DNA from: Mobula birostris
Taxonomy: Eukaryota
DNA: 64,000 nucleotides
Reading direction: 5' to 3'
Assembly (NCBI RefSeq): GCF_030028105.1
Contig: NC_092379.1
Span: 87,841,006-87,905,005, forward strand
In this document: in pieces, positions 39,481 to 50,072 of the stretch
How positions within the stretch are numbered: position 1 is the first letter of the stretch
How the letters are laid out: each line of letters begins with the position of its first letter
Position numbers and translations under genes: made by a program
The notes under the pieces: generated by a model
Told to the model about the DNA's origin: nothing
The model's database searches: none
Seen by the model: only the letters and a program-made list of their open reading frames with translations

Positions 39481-40529
39481 AGAGCAGCCAAGTAGTCTCA
39501 TCGTAAGACACATATTTGTGTGAGCTTGCACGCCACAGCTCTCGTTGGCTTGTTGTGGAATAAACGTCTATCTTTGCTCCCAGGTCAAAGGAAGCACTGA
39601 TGCCTGGAGTCCGAACTTTGTTGATGCCAAGACCTTTCCTCAGCAACGTTGTTATTTGTTCTGGAACTTTGTGAAGGTTTGTGGTTTTGGTGTATCATCA
39701 AAATGCCTTTTATTATGCTTATTATGTTGTTGATGATGAGAAGTTATCTTTACTGTCTGAAGCTTCTTATGTGACTCTTTTCCCAGTTGCTCCCCAGTAC
39801 AAATACGTGGTTCTTCTCAAGATGGGAGAGGAAGAGAGCAGTAGCTTTTGAAGGGATGAATGAGAGAGTTGTGTTTCAGCCACCTGCTTCTCTTTTTTTG
39901 AATTCAGGCGTTCAATGCATGTTGTTGAAATGATGCTTGCTTATGAACAAAATCGTTAAAGCTTTTGTAAGATTTTGACTTTGTTCATCACCATGATCAT
40001 AGCCCATAACTTGTGATGAATATGCATGAGGTTTGGAAAAACTAGTGATTGTACAAAAATTAAATTAATGAAGTTATTTTCTGACTATTTGACAATTAGT
40101 CATACTGCAATGCCACTTGCATTTAGCAGCTGCCATACAGCAGAATGGTGTTAATGTTCGAAATATTACCAGGGCTATTAGAAAAGTTTTAATGAAAGCT
40201 GTGCAAGTGGAATAAAGTATTGCCAAATAGCACAGGCTAGGAAACCAAAACCATGTTGTTAATGCTTTCAGGCTCGGATCTGTAAATACAACTACAACTG
40301 AAGTGGTGGTTCTGTTTTGGGTGTAAAATTGCATTTGTCTGAGAAGTGTTCTCATTCACATACATCTGTACAATGCTGTAAATGGAAGTTCAAAAACATG
40401 CCATCACAATTAGGAAGTATTTCAACAGATAGCCGTATTAAAATGCTGGGAATTTGCTGCAGTCAGTTAGCTCTAACCTCAGTGCTAAGACAATTGAAGC
40501 AAGAGTTTTCTATTTGTAAGCCACATCAT

Positions 40530-40830
40530 GGAGCAGGTGATCAGCTTTGATGTCACACAGCTCCCAGGACCTAGGCTTTTTCCTGACCTATGCTGCTGTC
40601 ATGTTTATATTTCTCTCTATGACTGTCTGCCTTCCTCTCATACCCAAAGATGTGCTGATTCTTAGGTTAATTGTCTACTCCAAAACGGCCTTAGAGTAGA
40701 TGGGAGACGGGAGAGGCAGAAGAGACTTGAAATGAGAGTGAAGAGGTCACCCAGAAATAGATGGGGGAATAGGACTGATAGAAATACTTTGATTGCCAGC
40801 ATAGATTTGATGGCCCAAATAACTTTTACC
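40530..40830 (+). mobile_element. Old V-SINE-like element
   Basis: Degenerate cacagctcccaggacctagg head, ttcctctcatacccaaagatgtgc body and CR1-like tail gatggcccaaata. Confidence 0.5.
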
Positions 40831-41499
40831 ATGGCCTAAAAATGAAAATAATACAAAAACAATATAATATTAAACAATCAAAACATTCCATATTTATTAA
40901 AAACAATATAAAACAACACATAACAAAAATAATGCAACACTCAAATATTCAAAATATAGTAATCTTAAATACCTCAATTGGGAGTCCTCAATTATATAGC
41001 GACAATTAATCTCAGAACTTCTTACAGACATGCAGACATGAACAGACAAATCTCAAACTCACTGAAACTTCTCCAACATGATGTTTCATGAAAGTACCTT
41101 TAAGATGAACAATTTCATCAATGACTTAAGCTACCTGCACTTTTTTTAATCATAAGTGTCTTTCCTATTGACACTTGAAAATAGAAAATGCATTAAACTG
41201 TCTAGAGACATTTACATCTCCAGTGGGAGCAATTTTAACCCAGACAATTACATGCAGTTATATCCCTTACCTGCATCCATAAAGTAAAATACAGTGAAAT
41301 GATCCCTGGCTTAGAATTATTAAATGCATGTAAACTTGCAGAAGCCTGGGAGACTTGTGATCAAGTTATAATTGATAAGGGGGATTGACATCAAATATAA
41401 TTTTCATGATTGAAGTCATATGAAGCCAAAGAACAGAAGTCACAATGATCAGTTAGGATCAATGCTAGACTATATCTAGAAAACATTTTGTCTCTAACT

Positions 41500-42165
41500 A
41501 TCGGAGTCATAAAGTCATACAGCAATATAACATGAGTTAAGGTCTTTTGGCCCAACAAGTCAACGCTGACCACAGTGCTCACCCAGCCAGTCCCAATTTC
41601 ACCTCCAAGCTTCAATCCTTCATGTACCTATCCAATAATGCTTAAATGATACTATTGTACCTGTCTCAACCACTTCCTCTGGTAGATCATTCCATATGCC
41701 CATTCCCCTCTGCATAAGAAAACTCCTTCTCATCTTAAACTTATTCCCCTTCATTTTGGATGCCCCTACCCTGGGCAAATGGTTGTTAACCATGAACCTC
41801 ATCAATGCCTCTTAAGATTTCAATCACTTCTATAAAGTCATCTCTCATTATCATGTTCCAAAGAACAAAGACCCAGTATGTCCAATATTTCTGTATAAAT
41901 CAAGTCCTGGCAACATCCTTGTAAATCTCTTCTGCACTCTTTCCAGTTTAATGGCATCTTTCCTATAACGGGGTGAACAAAACAGCATACAGTCCTCTAA
42001 CTGCAGCCTTACAAATGGTTGTAGAACTGCAAAATAATACTCCAACTCCTATACTGTCAGTGTCCTGACTGATGAAGTCCAGCATCTATCTTTTTCATCA
42101 TCCTGTCTACTTGCGACACTATTTTCAACAAACAGTACACTTGTACTCCCTGGTCGCTATTGTGT
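41500..42165 (-). mobile_element. CR1 3' fragment
   Basis: ORF 41851..42045 VRLQLEDCMLFCSPRYRKDAIKLERVQKRFTRMLPG; ORF 41620..41805. Confidence 0.88.
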
Positions 42166-42534
42166 GTGCATTAACAACTGTTCAACTTACTTTGATTTAG
42201 TGTACGTCATTGTACTTTCATGCAAAATAGAAACAGGTTCTTGTTCTTTTTGATCCATGGGAGTAGACTTCCTTTTGGAAAAGGTTCATTTATAGAACCT
42301 ATGTGTTTGTAGTTTAGCAAACCTTTCACGTCCATTTTGATTAGTGAACAGTTTGAACATCTTATATGTACTTTTGTGATTGTATAGTAAATCTACTGTA
42401 TGTATTTCAGTACCTTTCCCTTTGTTTGGTCGTTTCACAATTAGCATGACCCGGTTCTTGCATTGTCTACTTGGTGGCATATTTTTCATGAAAATGGATA
42501 GTCATGAACTAATTGAATTATGAAAAAGGATCTA

Positions 42535-42925
42535 GTCCTTTCCCAGCGTATATGATGACTAAAATCTTCTCCGGCTACCAGCCAGGTATAGGTATCAATT
42601 TTAACTGATGTTTCAATCACAAACTCTGCCATCTTCATCAGGGTTGATGCCAAGGCACGTCTACTCTGGTGGTATAAAAAACAAGGGGTTTTTGGGATTG
42701 CCTGGTGAAAGAAGCCATTGGAATAAAACTAGAGGAAAATAATGTGAACAAAGACGAAGGTCTTGCTCTAAGTAAGAACTGGAATTTATTGCAAACAAGG
42801 TGGAACAGCATAAACCTGATTGGTTGAGGATCAATGGGGGTATATATACCAATAGACTAGATGTGCCTAGGCAGCATCCCTGATGGAGATGGCAGCTGTT
42901 GTCATCAAAATGTCGGTTAAAATCT
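42535..42925. mobile_element. Poseidon/Penelope-type PLE remnant with inverted hammerhead-bearing pLTRs
   Basis: Plus strand about 42708-42790 translates KEAIGIKLEENNVNKDEGLALSKNW (GIY-YIG C-terminus); hammerheads near 42603-42644 (-) and 42877-42918 (+) with a longer stem II. Confidence 0.8.
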
Positions 42926-44316
42926 GAAAAGAGTTTATTCATAATTGAATTATATTTATCTCCTTTGCCACAGCATGTAAAAATGTGCATATGCCATAGA
43001 GAGATAAGTGCACCTTTTCCATCAAAAGAGTGGCATTGTTTTTAAGTTTTTAGTAATCCCCAGGGCATTTGTAGATTTAATAATACTGGTGACAGTTGGT
43101 TAATCATAATCCATCCAGACTGAGATATTAGCTATTTTTATTCTTATCTCAGAGAATTCCAACAAATTCTTTTTGCAATTAAAGTAAACTTTAATTTAGC
43201 TAATTAAGAGGCTATTTGCCATTGCACAGTTTTCAAATTATCATAGTAAATTCAGTCAAAGATATATGTGCTTGCAAGGAAGGTAATAAACTCAACAATT
43301 TTAAGGTTATTAGAATGTTTCTGCTACATTAAACTCAAAATAGAGAAAAAAAATAAAATACTATTTACAAAGAGCATTTGTGGTTCCATGTAGGATGATC
43401 TTGCTTAAAGTAAGAAGAGTAAATTTGCATTTTATAACTTGCACATCTGTTCACAGATGTCCCAATACATACTATTACATAATGAACTATGTAAAATGGA
43501 TAGATTTTTATGTAGCTAACACACAACTATTTTATCTCATTAAATCCTCAAAATGTCAATGAATGGTCAGTCAATGTGGTTAGTTCTACTTACTGCTGTT
43601 TTGCTATTGTATTGAAAAGCCAACTGCAAAGTTTAAAAATGAGATTAATTGAGGCTGAGGTCAATCTCCTATCTTCATTCTTCTTTAATTGTTCGAAGCA
43701 TTTGATACACTTGGGCACATCATCCAGCCCATTGTCACTCTGTCCATATCTAGCTGGATGAATTTTTGTTCACCAATCCAGCTGCAGCTAGAGTATACCA
43801 GTTAACGGAGTCCATTCTCATTGTTACCTTAGGTCTTTCTCAAGGCTCTGTATCACTTACTGCGTACACACATTACATCTTCTGTAAGTGCGGCAACTTG
43901 AAGATGTCATCCAAAACACTCAGTGAATTTCTGTGTATACAGTATGTTAATGACCCTGGCTCTAATTACCAGCCTTGGTGTGAAGCTTGCAGCAGCATGG
44001 TACATATGAAATTTCAATGGTAAGGATTAACATCTGCAAGTAGGTTCAGTTGCTACAAAAAGACTACAGGATTGGCGAGAACACATCTAGAGTAAATCAG
44101 ACAATGTTGCTTACTTATTTAAATGATAAAATATATACTTGCCTTGCAGGGATTTCAGAGGACATTCACTAGGTCAATTTCTGGAATGAAGAGTTGGGTC
44201 TCACTGAAGTTTAGAAAAATGAGATCAGAGTTTATTGAAAGATAGTGGTATTTGCTAAGAGGATATTTCCCTTTATTGGAAAATGTAGAATTATAGGGCT
44301 TATTTTTGGAGTAAGG

Positions 44317-44573
44317 TTTTTTTTTTGTGTGCCATACTCTGCCAGAGCCTCGGCGACCACTTTTTCAAGTGGTTGTCTTGGAGGAAAGATTCCGTGAGTG
44401 GTCCCCCACGTCCTTCTCACAGCACAGTCTTTTTTTTTATGAAGCTGAGTTACGAGGTCGACGCTCAACCCAGCACGGAGAGCAAGCGTGCCCGGGAGAG
44501 GCCCGACTGGGTTTGAACTCGGGAACCTTCGCTCTGGAGTCCGGCACTGGTGTCACTGCGCCACAACTCGGCT
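44317..44573 (-). mobile_element. tRNA-derived SINE with poly(A) tail
   Basis: Minus strand A box tggcgcagtgac, B box gagttcaaaccc, A10 tail; TSD agtaagg at 44310-44316 and 44574-44580. Confidence 0.88.
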
Positions 44574-44768
44574 AGTAAGGGGTTACATGTAGCAAAAAAG
44601 GATGCTGTGGATTTCTCTATTCTCTAAATTGTGGAGGGTGAGTCTTTGAATATATTCAAGGCTGAGACACACAGATATTTAGACTTCAGAAGTAAGTGTT
44701 GTGAAGTTAGACAGGTAGGCAGAGTATGGTTGAAGATATTGATGAACGGCTGAGGAGATACCATAAGG

Positions 44769-45552
44769 CAGGGGTCCCCAACCTTTTTTGCACCGTGAAC
44801 CGGTTTGATATTGACAATATTCTTGCGGACCGGCAGACCAGTGGGGCGGCGGGGGTGCGGTGTTAATCACGACCGGAATATAGGTGATAAGTCAACTAAG
44901 TCACTTATAAGTGGCTAATACACTCAATTTTGTTTCTAAAAGGGTTATCTAACGAATTTAATATTAAACACACAGCGCATAGTTTCCCAGTATGAACATA
45001 TAAAATTATTTCAACACACCAATATCACTGAATCAGTGGGAGCCCTGGGCTTGTTTCCCTGCAACAAGACGGTTCCATCGAGGGGTGATGGGAGACAGCT
45101 ATACTCAAAGGGGGTTCCTTATGTCCAATCTATTCTGCAATTTAGTTTTCATTGCATTCATTGCAGAAAACACCGCGTCGCAGAGACATGTTGGAAATGG
45201 AAGCAACGTTTTCAGTGCTTTCATGGCTATCTCAGCATAGTCAGCCTTGACTTTGATCCAGAATGCCGGCAGAGATGTTATGTCAAACATACTTTTCAGC
45301 CCACCATCATTTGCAAGCTCAAGAAGTTGATCTTCTTCCCGTGCTGACTTGGATGACGCGTGCATCATGACTTCGTGTGCGTAATGACCTCGGGTGCGTT
45401 CAAGTTCCAACAGTGGGCGTGACAGGGAATGAGGAAAGGTGCAGCTGACTCATATTGTTTCATATCGCCAAATCATATCGTTTCCTCGCGGCCCGGTAGC
45501 ACATGCTTTGCGGCCCGGGACCGGTCCGCGGCCCAGTGGTTGGGGGCCGCTG
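44769..45552 (-). mobile_element. hAT (Buster/Charlie) deletion derivative
   Basis: TIRs caggggtccccaacc and ggttgggggccgctg; perfect 8-bp TSD ccataagg (NNNTANNN); ORF 45105..45410 encodes the hAT dimerisation domain (SLPAFWIKVK...ALKTLLPFPT...KTKLQNRLD). Confidence 0.93.
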
Positions 45553-45599
45553 CCATAAGGTACTCTGATTCCTGATGCTATATCTCACTTTTTCTAATC

Positions 45600-46500
45600 C
45601 TTCTAACCTCAGAGCTGTTCAAGGCCATGCTTTATTTGTTTACTGAAAGGAAGCAATCATTCTCCACCAATGCTGCCATCGCTGAGATGATCTTCTATAC
45701 TGGGAGTAGTAACCCCGCTGTTGCTCTATCAATACTCTCAATAAAGTGAAACAGCTCTACAGGCACCAAGGCAGAGGATCAGCAGAAAAACCAAGACCTA
45801 AAAAGCAGCTGGAGGATGGAAAGAGCACAAAAAGTACATCATCTCAGTGACAACTATGACATTCATGGGTTCTTCAACACTATTAAGCCCATCAATGACA
45901 GAAATACCCAAGCTCTGAACCAGAAACAGAAGCTAATGCATAAGTATATCCCACTGTTAAGTCCAGTTTCTCCAAAGGTACTGACCTTTTCAAGCCCCTA
46001 TCCAAATGAATACAAAACAAGGACTTGGGAAAAGTGGTACCTCCTCTGAGATTCTAGCATTTGGCTGTGAAGATCTTCCATCAAATATCCATAACTTCAG
46101 TGTTCACATCAGGAAAGATGATGATCAAAACTATCTTCAAAACGAGATCTCACTAAAGCCTGAATTCCATCAACCAGGAGGGACAGTGGAGCTCTCTCCT
46201 CAAAGTCATGTTTATAAAGGTATGCATGCAATCATTCTAAAAGACAACCAGCAACAAATCCAAAATAGCCTATGTCAGAGAATACAAGTATGAAACAAAG
46301 CTGCTTCCTTTTTCCCCAATAGATTTCGGTTGCAAAATCACAAATCACCTCAAACAAATATCTTTCTGGAGTGAGCCTCATCTTCAGCAAATATTAGAAA
46401 CTATTCAATCTATGGCAACTATATTCAGAATTCAATCCTCAGAAAAAGGCGGATATCAATGATGAAATTCACCATTGCTTTCAATAGCCTCAAGTTGACC
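45600..46500 (+). mobile_element. Highly decayed RTE-type LINE fragment
   Basis: ORF 45816..46049 begins MERAQKVHHLSDNYDIHGFFNTIKPI, resembling the RTE ORF linker. Confidence 0.5.
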
Positions 46501-47123
46501 AGAGTTTGAAAATTACGTTAGAATGGGGAGACGAGCTATGAGGTGTTGCATTCTTTCTCCAAATTATCAAGGACTTTGTGTGCTGCTGTTCCATGGCCTC
46601 TTGTTTTATTATAACACCACAATTGCTCTATTTCTGCTTTTTGTGGTTATGAGTCAGTGTTCCCAGAAGACAACAAGATGATGTGCATCTTTGAGAAAGA
46701 TTGGAAGAGATCCCTGAAAGTTCCGCTCTGTCTGCATGGAATAGAGTCAGAAAGATATGATGTGATTTACAGTCTGTTCTTGCATTAAGATGGAGGACAC
46801 TGTGGGAATGGTATCCAGTTCAATTCCAATGCAAAGCAAAATTAATGGGTAGTGCCTTCAAAGTAATATGCATAAAGTCAGTGACATAGAAAAGTAAAAC
46901 AAATTCTTCACTCAGCTATATGTTCTCCCAGTCTGTTTTTCTCAACAAGACAGAATTACATATCGCATCAGCTACTACCCCAAAGCAAAGAGGATGTAGA
47001 CTGTGAGATCTGATGTATCTCTGATTCCAGCCTGGAAGGAGCTAAAACTATATAAGTTCACTGATGCAGCACCTTGAAATTTGATCCTTGACCTGATCTG
47101 TGCTGCAGCTATGACAATTGCAA

Positions 47124-47172
47124 GCAACACACATCAAAGTTGCTGGTGAACGCAGCAGGCCAGGCAGGCAGA
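47124..47172 (-). mobile_element. 49-bp PLE 3'-end micro-insertion
   Basis: gcaacacacatcaaagttgctggtgaacgcagcaggccaggca flanked by TSD aattgcaa (47116-47123 and 47173-47180). Confidence 0.88.
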
Positions 47173-47550
47173 AATTGCAATCAGCAAGTTTCAGGAATGA
47201 TATCCTTGCCAAAGTGAAGACACTCTATATTTCAGATTTAGGTATGAGAACTGTTAAACAATGAACGTGTGATTGTTGTGCCCTTCTCTCATTGTCCATC
47301 TCTTAGCAGTTAGCCTCCTATGTTTGAAGACAAAGGAGACTGCAGCTGCTGTAATCTCCAAAAAAAAACAAAATATTCAGTCAACCAGCATGTGTGAAGG
47401 TCAAAGGTGTACATTAATGCTTCAGATCAAGATGTCAACATACCTAATGCAAGCTCCTGACTTAAAATATTGCCATGCACTTTTTGCCTCTGTAGATGCT
47501 GCTCCATTCATTGAATTCTTCAGTTTGTTATCTTGTCCTCTGCTCAATCA

Positions 47551-47832
47551 CATAAACACAAGAGATACTGCAGAAGCTGAGAAATGTTTATTTACAATGT
47601 CTGCAGAATCTCTTGTGTTTATCCCAGCATCTACAGAATCTCCTGTGTTTATTCCTGCATCTGCAGCGTCTCTTGTGTTTGTTCCAGTATCTGCAGGATC
47701 CTTTGTTATTATTTACAGCATCTGCAGAATCTCTTGTGTTTATTCCAGCATCTACAGAATCTCTTGTATTTATTCCTGCATTTGCAGAGTCTCTTCTGTT
47801 TATTTCAGCATCTGCATAATCTCTTGTACTTA
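47551..47832 (+). repeat. 30-bp minisatellite (about 8 units plus 1 inverted unit) derived from the PLE 3' tail
   Basis: Unit ctgcagaatctcttgtgtttattccagcat starts at 47601, 47631, 47661, 47691, 47722, 47752, 47782 and 47812; inverted unit at 47551-47580. Confidence 0.9.
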
Positions 47833-48049
47833 TGATTTGCTTCACCATTGTGAAATATCTTTCAGTACAGTTTACCTACACTGAAAAAGTTTAAATCTTC
47901 TCTTTGACAGAATTCAGTGAAACCCTCTCTCACTGCTCCTCCTCTGTGGTCTCATTCCAGACTCTGTTCAGTCACGCTTTTGAAGTAATATGGCTGCTGG
48001 TGCACTTATACTGTGAGTGGCCAGTCCCCTACCACTTGTGTCTCTTGTG

Positions 48050-48765
48050 TCAGTGGCCACTGAGTGTATGTTTGTAGTCCTCTGGCGCTGCAGCTCATCC
48101 ACTACTTGATCTGATGTGCTGTGCGTTCACAAATGCTCTTCGGCACACTGCTGTTGAAATGCATGGTTATTTGAGTTACTGTCACCTTCCTTGTTAATGA
48201 GCGAGGTCAGAGCAGAATGACCAGGTTGGATCAAGATGACTATTGAACCAATCAGGCCATTCATATAACATAGAACATAGAATAGTACAGCACAGTACAG
48301 GCCCTTCGGCCCACAATGTTGTGCCGATCCTCAAACCCTGCCTCCCATATAACCCCCCACCTTAAATTCCTCCACATACCTGTCTAGTAGTCTCTTAAAT
48401 TTCACTAGTTCACCTCTGACCCTTCTAATTAACAAGGCACTTTCACCCTTAGATTGTCACTCACTGATTTTTTTGTTTATCACATCATTCTCTATAACCT
48501 CTAGAGACTGTTGTGTATAAAATTCACAAGAGATCTGCAGTTTCCGCGAAACTGTAACCACCCATCTGGCACCATGGTTCTATGGTCAATGTCACTGAGA
48601 CCAAATGTTGATGTTTGGTCTGAACAAAAAATCAACCTCAAACTTTTCTCTTGATCTTGTCTGCATGCTTTTATGCGTTGAGTTACTGCCACATGAATGG
48701 CTGATCAGTAATTTGCATTAATAAGCAGGTGGCCAGCTGTACCTAATACAATGGCCATTGATTGC
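48050..48765 (-). mobile_element. Tc1/mariner deletion derivative with a nested CR1 3' end (about 48265-48408)
   Basis: tcagtggccactgagtgta left end; tgtacctaatacaatggccattga right TIR; homologous to the 18243 and 59289 copies. Confidence 0.8.
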
Positions 48766-48915
48766 CTATCTGGAAGTAATTGTTTTCTGCAGAGTCACAA
48801 AACATGACTGCCCAAAGGACAGGCATAGCAGTCAAGACAAATTCTAACTCAAAGAACTGTTGCACTGCTCTCCATTGTAGATGTTTGCAACTCAAAACAT
48901 CTTTAGAAAGCAGAA

Positions 48916-49070
48916 CTCACAACACGCTGGAGGAAATCAGCAGGTCGGGCAGCATCTGTGGAAACGATCAGTCAATGTTTTGGGCTGGAACCCTTCATCA
49001 GGACTGAAGAGGGAAGGGGCAGAGGCCCTATAGTGTTGCTTTGACCCTGGCATCTGCAGAGTATTTTGTG
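48916..49070. mobile_element. Short PLE insertion: minus-strand pLTR plus inverted tail
   Basis: Hammerhead remnant 48970-49005 (-); tail gtgttgc...gcatctgcagagtattttgtg on +; TSD tttagaaagc(a/g)gaa at 48902-48915 and 49071-49084. Confidence 0.82.
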
Positions 49071-49144
49071 TTTAGAAAGCGGAAAACATCAGTAGAAGTT
49101 CAAAGTTCAAAACTTTAAGTACATTTATTATCAAAGTATGTATA

Positions 49145-50072
49145 ATGTGTCAAAATGGTTGTTGTGATGTGTCTAGCATGGTAGTGTTTGCTGCTATCAC
49201 TTTCAGCTTCCACTGCTGGCTAGCAGTCTTGGGAAAATGAGAGGTGAATCTGTAAGTCTCTCCCTGTCAGTACATAGCCTCTTCAACAGCAAGCCTCATG
49301 TAGTGCCTCCTCGCTGATGACACATGGAAACTGAACTCCATTCAGAATCAGGCTGAACTATAGAGGGTGGGGAGGAGATCTGGCCCCTGCACACATAGCA
49401 CATAGTCCTACCAGTGTGTGGACACGCCCCGGTGCTCGTGAACCAGATTCCCAGTTATGGATAAATTATAGGTGTCCGTTAGTCCCGTGAGACCATGGAT
49501 TTGCGCCTTGGAAGGTTTCCAGGGCGCAGGCCTGGGCAACGTTGTATGGAAGACCAACAGTTGCCTATGTTGCAAGTCTCCCCTCTCCACACCACGTTGT
49601 TGTCCAAGGGAAGGGCATTAGGACCCATACATCTTGGCACCGGTGTCATTGTAGAGCAATGTGTAGTTAAGTGCCTTGCTCAAGGACACTCACGCTGCCT
49701 CAGCCAAGGCTTGAACTAGCGACCTTCAAATCACTAGACGAATGCCTTAACCACTTGGCCACGTGCCAACACTATGGATAAGTAGTCTCACCAATTTGTG
49801 CGCAGCCCTGGGAGAGATGAAAGCTACGGGAGTAAACCCAGACAGCAAATCCAGAGTGAGCCCCTAAGGCGTCTGGACGTAATTCTTCCAGCAGCTCCTG
49901 CAGCCAAGCTGGTGCCAAACGTATTGCTTCACAAGCTTTCCTTTGGACTACACTGGTGAGGCCGAAGAGGAATCTTGACAACCGGACATCTCAGGATCTC
50001 CATACCTTCCGTCCAGGCTTGTGATAATGATCTTCATCACCCATTGTCCTTCGAGAAAGACAGATGCCAACC
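49145..50072 (+). mobile_element. Non-autonomous RTE-like element
   Basis: TSD atgtata at 49138-49144 and 50073-50079; RTE-5'UTR-like gggagtaaaccc...gcccctaaggc. The family call is inference. Confidence 0.6.
49465..49772 (-). mobile_element. tRNA-derived SINE
   Basis: Minus strand A box tggccaagtgg, B box agttcaagcc; perfect TSD tatggataa at 49456-49464 and 49773-49781. Confidence 0.9.

Noticed and set aside
47601-47832. CRISPR-like 30-bp repeat array and repetitive ORFs 47273..47884 and 47584..47835
   Set aside because: The units are contiguous with no spacers, there are no cas genes and the context is eukaryotic. The ORFs are by-products of a stop-free 30-bp period.
49700-49772. tRNA-like sequences here and at 44500-44573
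   Set aside because: These are SINE heads followed by body, tail and TSD, not tRNA genes.
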